From a virus (lineage: Duplodnaviria; Heunggongvirae; Uroviricota; Caudoviricetes; Thumleimavirales; Hafunaviridae), in IMG/VR virus record IMGVR_UViG_638276137_000001, positions 1 to 64,000 of that record: 64,000 nt of DNA. One strand, given 5' to 3'. How positions within the stretch are numbered: the stretch's first letter is position 1; each line of letters starts with the position of its first letter. This document shows positions 9,784 through 18,628 of this stretch, in pieces. The position numbers and the translations under genes are program-made. The notes beneath the pieces are model-generated. The model was not told the origin of the DNA. It saw nothing but the letters and a program-made list of their open reading frames with translations, and searched no databases.

Positions 9784-10116
9784 ATGAGTACCACAACCAG
9801 CCCCACCGACAGCGACAGCGACGTTGAACAGACGACCGAAGAAGAAGACTACGACGCCCTCGAAGAAGAAATCCTCGACGAGCTTCCCGAGCGGTTCCGT
9901 GAGCTGAGTAACATCCGAGTCGGGAGCGATGGAGATGTTCAAATGCTTCTGACTCCCTTCCATCCCTACGTGGACAGTCGTGGAGAGCCGTGTTCCCACC
10001 TTCTGATGAATAGTGAGCGAAAGACGATGGGAGAGTTCGGCTTCGAGTTCATGTTCTCTACTCTCACCGGAAAGGGAGCGGGAGTTCGGTTCTGGTTCCA
10101 GCGTTCTGACGAATAA
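9784..10116 (+). CDS. Hypothetical acidic protein
   Basis: 110-aa ORF with a very acidic N-terminus. Confidence 0.5.
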   Translation: MSTTTSPTDSDSDVEQTTEEEDYDALEEEILDELPERFRELSNIRVGSDGDVQMLLTPFHPYVDSRGEPCSHLLMNSERKTMGEFGFEFMFSTLTGKGAGVRFWFQRSDE

Positions 10117-10370
10117 CTGCGGTGTCACCCCGGTAGTATGGAAGAAGACCTTGAGAAGATAGAGCAAGCCGACTACGACTACTTCTACTCCCTTCGGAGG
10201 AAGGCGTGTTGGCGTCGGCGTGGAAAGTCGAAGCCCCGCCGCGACGTGTCTGAGATAATTGACATAGAGCGGCGGGAGTGGCGAGAGTAAACGGCGAAAC
10301 GCCCCACCGTGGGGCGTCGTCGGGAGTTGGTCATCCCGGCTGTTGACGAGCCGACCAGACACCTCTAAAA

Positions 10371-12167
10371 ATGTCCTCAGTAAGCCATAGCGTCCAGACT
10401 GTTGAACCGTTAGCTAACTATTCGAGGAACAGAGACGGGCTTCGGGAGTACCTGTTTCACCTCGCTGACGACCTGTTTCCGTTCCCCGGATACCGTGACT
10501 ACCAAGATGAAATCCTGAAGGGCGCTCTCGAAGCGTTGTTCATCGAGGGTCACACGAACGTCGTAATCGACGGGCCGACCGGGATTGGGAAGTCGCCCAT
10601 CAACGTCACTCTCGGTCGGGTCATTTCCCACTTGAAGAAGAACAAGAGCCGAATTGAAGACCACTTCAACTACAAGCTCTACGGCATCGAGTCGGGCAAG
10701 TCCTTCTACACCACCCCTCAGAAACAGCTCCGTAATCAGCTCGCCAACGACGTTGACCTTCAGGAATACGTCACGATGCTGAAGTCCCGACAGGACTACA
10801 TCTGTGGAGCCAGCGGCGACAACTGTAAGGACTGCTCCCTCCCCGACGAGACGGAGGGCGAGTCCTGCCGAACAATCGCCGGGTGTACCTACTGGCGTTC
10901 AAAGACCCGAGCGATGAACGCCGACATAGCGGCTCTCACGTTCGCTATGCTGACGGTTGACAACTACATCCCGACGAACATTATGGTGAACGATGTTCGG
11001 GAGGAACAGATTTCGTTTGACGACCGCGACCTCGTGATTGTGGACGAGGGACACGGACTCGAAAGCCAAGTCGCCTCCCTGTTCGCCGGGTTCACTATCT
11101 CGCCGTGGGTTCTTCCGAACAAGGTCTACCGGAACACGGACGACAAAATCTCGTGGGATTACGAACGCTTCGAGGACATTACCCACATCCTCAACAGCCT
11201 CTACGACCGAGCAACGAACTTCGTTGAACGTCACGATGAAGACCCGAACAAGAAGGCCGAGGTTGACCAATGTAAGGACTTCATCAAGAAGGTCGAATAC
11301 TGTCACCGGGAGGTGAAAGACGGACGACCGTGGACTGTGACGGTGAGCAAGTTCGGGAAGTTGGGTCAGAAGAAGATGGTGATTAGTCCGGTGGACGTGG
11401 ACAAGTTCCTCGAACGGTTCATCTGGAGCCGTGGGAACAAGCGCATCATTTCCTCCGCGACGATTCCCTACCGGGAGAACATCTCCGAGTGGGCCGAGCG
11501 GATTGGACTCGAAGGCTCCACGAAGCTTATCAGCCGTCCGATGCCGTTCCCCGAGGAACACCGGCTGATTCACACGAACACCATCGTCGGCTCGATGAGT
11601 GGGGACGGCGAAGACCGCAACTGGCGGAAGGTCATTAGCACCATCCGTGAGATTCACTCCCACCACAAGGGAGAGAACGGCCTGATTCACACTAACTCCT
11701 ACCAGCGAGCCGAAAAGGTCGCTGACTCCCTCGGTCACAAGAACGTAATCGTTCAAGACCAAGACAAAGACAAGGAGGAAATGATTGAGGAGTGGGTGAA
11801 CAGCGAGAAGGACATTCTCATCTCCCCGTCGATGATGGAGGGAGTTGACCTCTACGGCGACCGTTGCCGGTGGCAGGTTCTCTTGAAGGTTCCCTACCCA
11901 TACCTCGGTGACAACCGGGTGTCCTACCTGCTCGATGAGCGGAACGACTGGGATTGGTATATGGAGTCGGCTTCTCTGGACGTTCAACAGTCCGTGGGAC
12001 GAGCCGTTCGTGGCCCGGAACCGAGTGAAGCCGCTTCATATTACATCATCGACGGGGCGTTCGATAAGGTGATGAACCGAACGAAGCCCCCGGAGTGGTT
12101 CACCGAGGCGATTCGAGACGAACCCCCGGAGCATTGGAACAACCCGGAAGCCGCACCGTGGCGATAA
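10371..12167 (+). CDS. Rad3/XPD/DinG-like superfamily 2 DNA helicase with a 4-Cys (Fe-S-like) insert
   Basis: Walker A VIDGPTGIGKSP, motif II IVDEGHGLES and a Cys cluster (CGASGDNCKDC...C...C) between them. C-terminal helicase motifs SPSMMEGVDL and SVGRAVRGPE. Confidence 0.7.
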   Translation: MSSVSHSVQTVEPLANYSRNRDGLREYLFHLADDLFPFPGYRDYQDEILKGALEALFIEGHTNVVIDGPTGIGKSPINVTLGRVISHLKKNKSRIEDHFNYKLYGIESGKSFYTTPQKQLRNQLANDVDLQEYVTMLKSRQDYICGASGDNCKDCSLPDETEGESCRTIAGCTYWRSKTRAMNADIAALTFAMLTVDNYIPTNIMVNDVREEQISFDDRDLVIVDEGHGLESQVASLFAGFTISPWVLPNKVYRNTDDKISWDYERFEDITHILNSLYDRATNFVERHDEDPNKKAEVDQCKDFIKKVEYCHREVKDGRPWTVTVSKFGKLGQKKMVISPVDVDKFLERFIWSRGNKRIISSATIPYRENISEWAERIGLEGSTKLISRPMPFPEEHRLIHTNTIVGSMSGDGEDRNWRKVISTIREIHSHHKGENGLIHTNSYQRAEKVADSLGHKNVIVQDQDKDKEEMIEEWVNSEKDILISPSMMEGVDLYGDRCRWQVLLKVPYPYLGDNRVSYLLDERNDWDWYMESASLDVQQSVGRAVRGPEPSEAASYYIIDGAFDKVMNRTKPPEWFTEAIRDEPPEHWNNPEAAPWR

Positions 12168-12216
12168 CCGATAAAGACTTATAAATACTACTCTGAGTCT
12201 TAGAGGAACATAAGAA

Positions 12217-12615
12217 ATGACAGAACTTACCGACTTCAACGACCCGACGCCTGACCTGACCGACCAAGAACGAACCCTGCTCCGGTGGGCCGGAGCCGAT
12301 GAACGACTCATCGAAGTGTGCCAATTGGACATTACCTCGATGGAAAACAAGCGCGGAGACGGCAAGGACGTTACCCGAAACTCCGCTCTCGTGGAGGTCA
12401 AGAAGTACCTTCGAGAGTGGGAGTCGCTGACGGAGGACAACGCCAAAGACTTCGACCACTACGGCGGTCACTTCTTCTCGGCGCTTTGGGACGGCGACCT
12501 CTACGAAGCGTACTCCCGAGCCGATTACAACAACAAGGCAATCATGCTGGAAGTGTTCGGCGTTCGGCGCATCAACTCGGTTCGACCGGCTCACGCCGCT
12601 GAGGTGACGGTATAA
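12217..12615 (+). CDS. Hypothetical protein
   Basis: 132-aa ATG ORF. Confidence 0.5.
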   Translation: MTELTDFNDPTPDLTDQERTLLRWAGADERLIEVCQLDITSMENKRGDGKDVTRNSALVEVKKYLREWESLTEDNAKDFDHYGGHFFSALWDGDLYEAYSRADYNNKAIMLEVFGVRRINSVRPAHAAEVTV

Positions 12616-12881
12616 TGGATAATGGACTACACGGACGATACCTCGAACAGCTCGAAGCGTGGAACCTCGCCCGGCAGTTTTCTGCCGAGTTGGTGACGGC
12701 GTTCTACGACAAGACTCGCTCCCTTCGGGGAGTTGTGAAAGAGTGGATGGATGTTCGGGAAGCGGTGTTCCCACGACTCGATGCTATCAAACAGATGGTG
12801 TCGAACGTCCTGTTCCTGAACGGACGTGATTCTATCGACCAGCTCGCCCGTCAAGTGATGGGCTTCGAGGGGTGGTGGTAG
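12615..12881 (+). CDS. Hypothetical protein
   Basis: 88-aa ORF with taATG overlap. Confidence 0.45.
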   Translation: MDNGLHGRYLEQLEAWNLARQFSAELVTAFYDKTRSLRGVVKEWMDVREAVFPRLDAIKQMVSNVLFLNGRDSIDQLARQVMGFEGWW

Positions 12882-13209
12882 GTGTCACGTAGCGAAAGAG
12901 CAGGGAATCAACCCCGTGTTGTTAGCTTCGGTATGTCAGCCCGATTGGTTACTGCCGACTCACCCCTTCCCGACCTACTGGATGGATTCGGAGGAGAGCA
13001 TGAACCCGATGGAAACCGCGTCGTAGGACAAGAATGAAAGCACCAGCAAAGGGTAGTGGGTACTCCCTCGAAGGATACGGTCGCGTTCTGGTTAAGTCCG
13101 GGCCGTCCCCCGAACATCCCTACGTGTGGTGTTCCTTGGGATACGAAGACGGCGAAGAACAGTTTGAGGAAATCCACATCGAGGAGTTCAAAGAACGGAG
13201 GATTCACTA

Positions 13210-13629
13210 ATGAGTACGCTCGCTGACTTCGGAGCCGACGTTCCTGAAGAAGCGTGGAAAGACCGGGATACTCTCTACGAGCTGTATCACGAACAAGGTC
13301 TTGACCAGTCCGAGATGGGAGACGAACTCGGCTGTTCCGCCGGGACAATCTCCTACTGGATGGACAAGCTCGGCGTCGATACAACCCACACCTCCCACAA
13401 CACTCAGGCTGAACCTCAGCCGGAGGATTGGGATTGCGAATACCACGAAGTGTGTGGGAACGAGACTCCCGGCCCCCGAAACGGAGTGTGTGATAGGTGT
13501 CTCGACCTCGCTCGGCTCAATCAGTCGGGATACTACGACGGCGAAACGGCTGACCGGAGTAGCTTCGATGAAATGTCCGAGTTCATGGCGGCGCTGTACG
13601 ATATTCACGGCAAAGACTCAGAGAACTAA
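13210..13629 (+). CDS. Putative HTH DNA-binding protein with a C-terminal Cys cluster
   Basis: HTH-like segment QSEMGDELGCSAGTISYWMDKLG followed by CEYHEVCGNE...CDRC. Confidence 0.5.
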   Translation: MSTLADFGADVPEEAWKDRDTLYELYHEQGLDQSEMGDELGCSAGTISYWMDKLGVDTTHTSHNTQAEPQPEDWDCEYHEVCGNETPGPRNGVCDRCLDLARLNQSGYYDGETADRSSFDEMSEFMAALYDIHGKDSEN

Positions 13630-13631
13630 TA

Positions 13632-14063
13632 ATGAGTGTTACCACTACAAGCGACGAGGAAAAGTTCGAGGAATTGTTCGGGAGCGTCAACACCGACACT
13701 CTCGAAGGAGCAATCGAGAACGACGAAAACACGGTCTGTCTCGGAACCTACGGAGACGACCTGAGGAAGAAGAACAAGCGGATTACGTGGGACTACCAGC
13801 TCGCGTCGGAACACCCGGAGGAAATCAAGCGGGCCGGTGAGGGTAACTTCGTTGACCTCTATCCCGAGGAAGGAGATGAGGGCAAGAAGACTCGCGTTAG
13901 CTTCACCTACTTCGACCACGCTGAGGAGTTCTTCGACGCGAACCTTCGGGAGAATCCTGAGGCGCTGTTCATCCATCCCGAGTGGAACTTCATTCTGGTG
14001 GTGAAGCCCGAGGACTCTGAGAAGTACCTCGCAATCGCTCCCGTGGTTCACGGTGACGAGTGA
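13632..14063 (+). CDS. Hypothetical acidic protein
   Basis: 143-aa ATG ORF preceded by caaagactcagagaactaataATG. Confidence 0.5.
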   Translation: MSVTTTSDEEKFEELFGSVNTDTLEGAIENDENTVCLGTYGDDLRKKNKRITWDYQLASEHPEEIKRAGEGNFVDLYPEEGDEGKKTRVSFTYFDHAEEFFDANLRENPEALFIHPEWNFILVVKPEDSEKYLAIAPVVHGDE

Positions 14064-14196
14064 TGCCGGAGACTCGAAACTGCGTGGAGTGCGGCGGAAC
14101 AGCCGTGTTACAGGAGGGACGTGAGACGACGTTCGAGTGCCCCGATTGCGACACGACGTTCATGGACAACCCCCGGTGGAACGAGCGATTCAGCCT

Positions 14197-14472
14197 ATGA
14201 GTGAACTACGAGAAATTCTCAACGACGTTCTCCGCGAGATGTACGCGGAGGCAGAACCGCCTCTTGACTTCGATGAAGTGCTGGAAAACCCCGACGAGTA
14301 CGGGAGTGGCTGGTACGCTGACCACTACCTCGATGGCGACCGGCAGACGGAAATCGTGGAAAAGTACGCTGAGAAACACGAGTTGAATCGCAGTCAGCGA
14401 AAGACACTCTCGTTCTCGGCTATCCTGAGCTACGGGCCGTCGTCCACTTCCCGAAAGGGGGTGGAAGCGTGA
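14197..14472 (+). CDS. Hypothetical protein
   Basis: ORF 14137..14472 trimmed to ATG 14197 (MSELREIL). Confidence 0.45.
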   Translation: MSELREILNDVLREMYAEAEPPLDFDEVLENPDEYGSGWYADHYLDGDRQTEIVEKYAEKHELNRSQRKTLSFSAILSYGPSSTSRKGVEA

Positions 14473-14921
14473 GTAACTACCCACCGGGAACGTCGGCTGG
14501 CGACCCACGAGCGCCGTGGAACGCTCCAGACCGCTCCCACGACCACGAGTGGAGGCCGTGCGACCCCGACTATCCCATCCTCGAAGACGGAGCGGCAATC
14601 TTCCTCGAAGCCTGCGGCTATGCGGAAGGTCGATGGGGAGAAGGGTGGGAGTGCGAGGAAACCCGACAGTTCCGGTGCGACGTGGAGCGTGTCGTGCTTC
14701 TCCGCGACGGCAAGCCGGACATAGCCTACCTCGCGTCGGAAGAAGACTACCACAACGAGTGGGGCTTCATCGAGCGGTTGTACGAGGATGCTCTGGTGTC
14801 CGTGGAAATCACGGACTTCGAGGAAATCGAGATTCTGGACTGCGACCCGCCGAACGAGTACGGTGACGGATACGTTCGGGTTCGGGTCGGTGACAAATAC
14901 GAGGTCGTCTACGAACAATGA
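14469..14921 (+). CDS. Hypothetical protein (GTG start)
   Basis: 150-aa ORF overlapping the previous stop (GTGA). Confidence 0.45.
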   Translation: MSNYPPGTSAGDPRAPWNAPDRSHDHEWRPCDPDYPILEDGAAIFLEACGYAEGRWGEGWECEETRQFRCDVERVVLLRDGKPDIAYLASEEDYHNEWGFIERLYEDALVSVEITDFEEIEILDCDPPNEYGDGYVRVRVGDKYEVVYEQ

Positions 14922-15214
14922 GTACGCAAAACCGAAACTTCGCTTACGGAAAGGACGAGATTGGTGGATGCTGTTGCCCGGCAGTCGCGGCGGGCTTCGC
15001 TCCGAACACGGGCGACGAGTCCACCGAGATAGCAGAGACTTACGACTACTACGTTCGGGAGCTGGACTTGGGGAACGCCCACTCGGTAATCCCTGAGGAG
15101 AAAGCACGCCAAGCGTGGCTCGCGGCGGTCGAAAGAATCGAGGGGGATGAGTACGCCGCCGAGCGAAAGTCAAGGGTCGGCAAGGACATTGCGGAAGACC
15201 TCGGGTGGTTGTAA
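14918..15214 (+). CDS. Hypothetical protein
   Basis: 98-aa ORF with overlap coupling to its neighbours. Confidence 0.45.
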   Translation: MSTQNRNFAYGKDEIGGCCCPAVAAGFAPNTGDESTEIAETYDYYVRELDLGNAHSVIPEEKARQAWLAAVERIEGDEYAAERKSRVGKDIAEDLGWL

Positions 15215-15546
15215 TGGCGGTCAACACCGATAAGACCGGCAACCACGTCGGCCCCGACCTCACCAAGTACGATTGGGAATACTGCCCCATCGGAGCAAAC
15301 GCTCGGGACTTCCGGCTCTACAACTACGAGAAGTGCGTTGAAATCGAGGTCTACCCGGAGAACGACGACCCCGAGCAGGGATACAACATCGTCGTTCGAG
15401 AGTTCGAGATAGTCAACGAGGGGACAGAGAACGAGCGGATGGAAGACGGATACCCCATCTACTCCCTCTACGCCGGGCCGTGGTTCGTAGAAATGATGAG
15501 TGCCCTCGCAACGGCAATCTCGTGGGTGGAGGAGCGAAATGAGTGA
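15214..15546 (+). CDS. Hypothetical protein
   Basis: ORF 15205..15546 trimmed to ATG 15214 (MAVNTDK). Confidence 0.5.
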   Translation: MAVNTDKTGNHVGPDLTKYDWEYCPIGANARDFRLYNYEKCVEIEVYPENDDPEQGYNIVVREFEIVNEGTENERMEDGYPIYSLYAGPWFVEMMSALATAISWVEERNE

Positions 15547-15721
15547 GCTGATGGCTGGCCTGATGGTGTTCGGAGCTGTCACAATCACCACTCTCGTCCT
15601 CCTTCCCGTGTTCATGCTTCAGAAGATGGCTTCTGAGGAGCGGAATAAGAATCACCAAAAGAAAATGAAGGAAGTAGCTGAGCGGCGGCGTCTGGAACAG
15701 AATAAGAAACGTCGGTCGTAG
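15539..15721 (+). CDS. Small membrane protein with one TM helix and a basic tail
   Basis: ORF 15500..15721 trimmed to ATG 15539. It has a hydrophobic stretch LMAGLMVFGAVTITTLVLLPVFML. Confidence 0.4.
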   Translation: MSELMAGLMVFGAVTITTLVLLPVFMLQKMASEERNKNHQKKMKEVAERRRLEQNKKRRS

Positions 15722-16044
15722 TGAAGTTCTGCGGTGAATCTCTCACGCTCGATGAGTTATTATTGAGCCAATAGCAACACTTAATGTCAACGTTTCCACC
15801 ACGAAACCAGCAAAGTATCAGAAAAGACCTCTATTCCGTCACGGAAGAAGGGAAAACATCCTTCCGTTCAATCTCTACTATCAATCGAGTAATCTTGTAT
15901 TTCGGAAAAGTCGTGGCATTATCCAACCATGTTACAAACGAAGACGGTCAGTTGTAGCGGAACAGGGCGAGAAACAACGGCAGAGTTAGGCAACCCAAGG
16001 AGCATCGTGATTCTTCAGAAAAAGGTTGACAGAATCAGCGGCGC

Positions 16045-16509
16045 TCACGAACGGTTGTTCCACCAGCGGAGGAATTGGAAGGTGAACTTCTCGGAATCAG
16101 ACACCGTTGGCTTAAAGAAGAAGTCAACGTTGTAGTAGCCGGGCCATTTCTCCACAGTACCGATAATCGAGTTCGGATTCACGTTGCGGTAGTAATTCCC
16201 CTGAGTAAAATCGAGCCACGGAGCTTCAACGACGACCGGCATCGGAGCATCCCAATCATCCGCTCGTTCCAGCTCCCTCTCGAAGCGGTCGCGTTCGTGA
16301 GTGATAGAGTTGAGGAAGTCGCCCTTCGCCTTCCGCTCCACGGCGAAGGGAGGAACATACGTCCCGTGCTTCCCGTAGTAGCCCGGTTGCTCTACGGCGT
16401 AGTCTCCGGTTCGTAGCTTCTGTTCCTTCACATCGACGGGGTAATCCTCGAACCAGTACCCGTGGCCCTCGTGTTCTCGGGTATCCCGTAGAATCGTAAA
16501 CTCGCTCAT
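16045..16509 (-). CDS. Putative ERCC4-type (XPF/Mus81/Hef-like) nuclease-domain protein
   Basis: The segment RTGDYAV...AVERKAKGDFLNS resembles the GDx(n)ERKxxxD ERCC4 signature. Minus-strand ORF of 154 aa. Confidence 0.4.
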   Translation of the reverse strand: MSEFTILRDTREHEGHGYWFEDYPVDVKEQKLRTGDYAVEQPGYYGKHGTYVPPFAVERKAKGDFLNSITHERDRFERELERADDWDAPMPVVVEAPWLDFTQGNYYRNVNPNSIIGTVEKWPGYYNVDFFFKPTVSDSEKFTFQFLRWWNNRS

Positions 16510-16985
16510 TCCGACCTCCGGTGGTCGATGGTGAGAATGATGCTGAGTTGCTGATTCTGCGTGAACCCGAGGTTGTCAGCGATTTCGGTGAACAAGTCGC
16601 AGGTGTCGTTGGCAGTCGGCCAGTATCGAGTCCCATCGTGAACGTCGTCGTTAGCGACAACAGCACAGACGCCAAAAGCAACGAGACAAGCTGGCTTGCC
16701 GAGGTTTTGTAGGTCAAGTTTGTCGTAGATTCTCCGGGCCTTCTTCTTCTGGAAGTCGCTCAATTCGAGCTGGCCGGAGAGTGAATCGAGGATAGCGAGG
16801 TTATCCTGTCGGTGGGTGACTCGCTTGTTTTCTTCACGGCGGTCGTGCCACGTTCCCCGATTGTAGAGCATCAGCCGCCGGAACTTGCTCGGCGTGCTGT
16901 TCCTCTCGTTCGGGTCGAAGTACGTTGCGTTCTCGGTATCAGGAGTTAGTGCTTCAGGTGGTTGCTTCTCGGTTAGAGTTTCCAT
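16506..16985 (-). CDS. Hypothetical protein
   Basis: 159-aa minus-strand ORF whose end overlaps the start of the downstream gene. It is the first gene downstream of regulatory element copy a. Confidence 0.5.
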   Translation of the reverse strand: METLTEKQPPEALTPDTENATYFDPNERNSTPSKFRRLMLYNRGTWHDRREENKRVTHRQDNLAILDSLSGQLELSDFQKKKARRIYDKLDLQNLGKPACLVAFGVCAVVANDDVHDGTRYWPTANDTCDLFTEIADNLGFTQNQQLSIILTIDHRRSE

Positions 16986-17170
16986 AGAATATCATCTCAA
17001 GTGAGATTCCCCCGAGACAGACTACTAACAGTATAACTACTACTGTATAACTACTAAGTGTATAACTAAGAGAGATTCACTACATCGAGTCTCTTTTACT
17101 TAACAGAGTATAGTAGAGTAGTTAGGGTAGTGTAGGTACTATACTGGGTAGTACCCCGTTCGGAAGAACT

Positions 17171-17228
17171 CCTCACTCTAATAGACGGGAACTAAGGACT
17201 TAAAGATACCGATTCTAAGTCTTTAGAT
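17171..17228 (-). promoter_or_regulatory. Composite conserved element (CCTCACTCTAATAGACGG plus AAGGACTTAAAGATACC...TAAGTCTTTAG palindrome), copy a
   Basis: One of six near-identical copies of this element. The palindrome contains the TATA-like CTTTAAG/CTTAAAG in both orientations. This copy points towards the minus-strand genes. Confidence 0.5.
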
Positions 17229-17277
17229 TCGTGAACAATGAATGACTTAACACACCCCCGGCCCGTAGTGGGCCGGT

Positions 17278-17763
17278 ATGAAAGAGGACGACGTATCGTA
17301 CATAGCCGGAGTAGTCGATTCACTCGGTCGGTTCCGGGTGGAAATAAGCGAGGATGATGATTTCAAGATAGGATACAAGATAGAGCCATACGTCCAAATC
17401 AGTCGTAGCGACCCTCAGACTGCCGTGTTCGGGCTGTTCGAGGAATACTGTTCCGAGCAGGGAGTTCGATGGGAAATAAAAGATAGCGGAACGACGATGC
17501 TGTTCAAGATTTCTGATGCGGAGTCAATCGAGCGGTTCTACGGCCCGCTGGCTCCGTACTTGATTCAGCAGAGCGAGTTGGCTTCCATCTTCATGGGAGA
17601 AATTCTCCCGGCGTATCAGGAGAAGGAGTACCTGACGAAGCAGGGCTTCTACGAGATGGTGGAGCTGACGAACAAGCTGTACCGTAACGACCCGTCGATA
17701 AACAAGTGGAAGTACGAACCCGAGTTCTTCTCGGAGAAGTGGCGAGACGAGTTGGAGATTTAG
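17278..17763 (+). CDS. Putative single-motif LAGLIDADG-family (I-CreI-like) endonuclease
   Basis: N-terminal YIAGVVDSLGRFRVEISEDDDFKIGYKIEPYVQISRS parallels the LAGLIDADG motif followed by beta strands. The 161-aa length is typical. Confidence 0.4.
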   Translation: MKEDDVSYIAGVVDSLGRFRVEISEDDDFKIGYKIEPYVQISRSDPQTAVFGLFEEYCSEQGVRWEIKDSGTTMLFKISDAESIERFYGPLAPYLIQQSELASIFMGEILPAYQEKEYLTKQGFYEMVELTNKLYRNDPSINKWKYEPEFFSEKWRDELEI

Positions 17764-18311
17764 AGTAACATCTCTCGTGCTTTGTTGGCCGCCGTGAGGT
17801 GGTCGTGGGATTCAGCCCACTCGATGTAGGCAATCACATCAGCTCGTGGCACGGAGCCTTCTCGCCGGTCTTCCGTGGACGGCATTAGGTCGGGGTCGCC
17901 TTCCTCGATAACTTCAACGACGTTCCGGTTCTCATCGACGTGAGCAACCGGACAGTCGCCTTTCTCAACCATCTCAGTCGCGTTCTCTGGATGGTTCTCT
18001 TTTCCAGCAATCTGACCTATGTGAATCATCACGCCCTGATAACCGCTGAAGGGGCGACGACAGAAAGGACAAAGACGAGCAACGTCCTCGCCCTTTCGAG
18101 TCGAGGGATAATCCATCTCTACTTCCTTTGACCCGACGACTTCCAGATTACTAAAGTCTAAGTGTTCGGGAACGTCTCCGTTCGGGCCATGACCGTTGCC
18201 GGACGACTGACGAACGTGAAGGTGCATCCCACGAGATAATCCTTCGTGGTCACATCCCTCAACGGGACACTTGACGACGTTCTCGTTGTTCTTGTGTTTC
18301 GTCTTCGCCAT
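17760..18311 (-). CDS. Cys/His-rich zinc-finger protein
   Basis: CPVEGCDHEG...HLH, CPFCRR and CPVAH motifs. It converges on the 17278 gene with a 4-nt overlap. Confidence 0.5.
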   Translation of the reverse strand: MAKTKHKNNENVVKCPVEGCDHEGLSRGMHLHVRQSSGNGHGPNGDVPEHLDFSNLEVVGSKEVEMDYPSTRKGEDVARLCPFCRRPFSGYQGVMIHIGQIAGKENHPENATEMVEKGDCPVAHVDENRNVVEVIEEGDPDLMPSTEDRREGSVPRADVIAYIEWAESHDHLTAANKAREMLL

Positions 18312-18364
18312 AGGAGTAAAGATGAAGTCACGCTATTAAGTCTTTGCTATGTTCTCTCATTCCG

Positions 18365-18419
18365 CCTAAGACTCAAATCGGTATCTTTAAGTCTTAGGCT
18401 CCCGTCTAATAGAGTGAGG
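18365..18419 (+). promoter_or_regulatory. Composite conserved element, copy b (plus orientation), upstream of tRNA-Arg and the SPFH gene
   Basis: aagactcaaatcggtatctttaagtcttaggctcccgtctaatagagtgagg. The TTTAAG lies about 25 nt upstream of the conserved GTCTAATAGAGTGAGGAGG leader. Confidence 0.5.
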
Positions 18420-18508
18420 AGGTCGCGGTGGCCTCCCGACTCGTTTGCTTGGCAGAATCCTGTCATAGTTTGTCATTGGTGTCCAGCCACCGCCTCGCGG
18501 TGGTTTTT

Positions 18509-18583
18509 GGGGACGTAGCTCAGCTCGGACAGAGCGTTCGGCTTCTAACCGAAAGTGCGCGGGTTCAAATCCCGTCGTCTCCG
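18509..18583 (+). tRNA. tRNA-Arg (anticodon TCT)
   Basis: Manually folded cloverleaf. Acceptor GGGGACG/CGTCTCC with one G-U pair. D-arm GCTC...GAGC. Anticodon stem TTCGG/CCGAA with loop CTTCTAA. T-arm GCGGG-TTCAAAT-CCCGT. Confidence 0.8.
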
Positions 18584-18628
18584 TGCGGTGTATCGTGCCG
18601 TCAAACAGACCAGAGAGAAATCTACGAA

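Noticed and set aside
10899-11987. 362-aa minus-strand ORF inside the helicase gene
   Set aside because: It is antisense to a well-supported helicase with clear motifs. Val/Leu/Arg/His-rich composition is typical of a GC3 antisense artefact.
14430-15290. 286-aa minus-strand ORF across the 14469-15214 genes
   Set aside because: Arg/Pro-rich antisense artefact within a tightly coupled plus-strand operon.
18428-18628. N-terminal 67 codons of the ORF-track SPFH ORF
   Set aside because: This extension overlaps the tRNA-Arg gene and the conserved promoter element. The ATG at 18629 followed by a TM helix is the sensible start.
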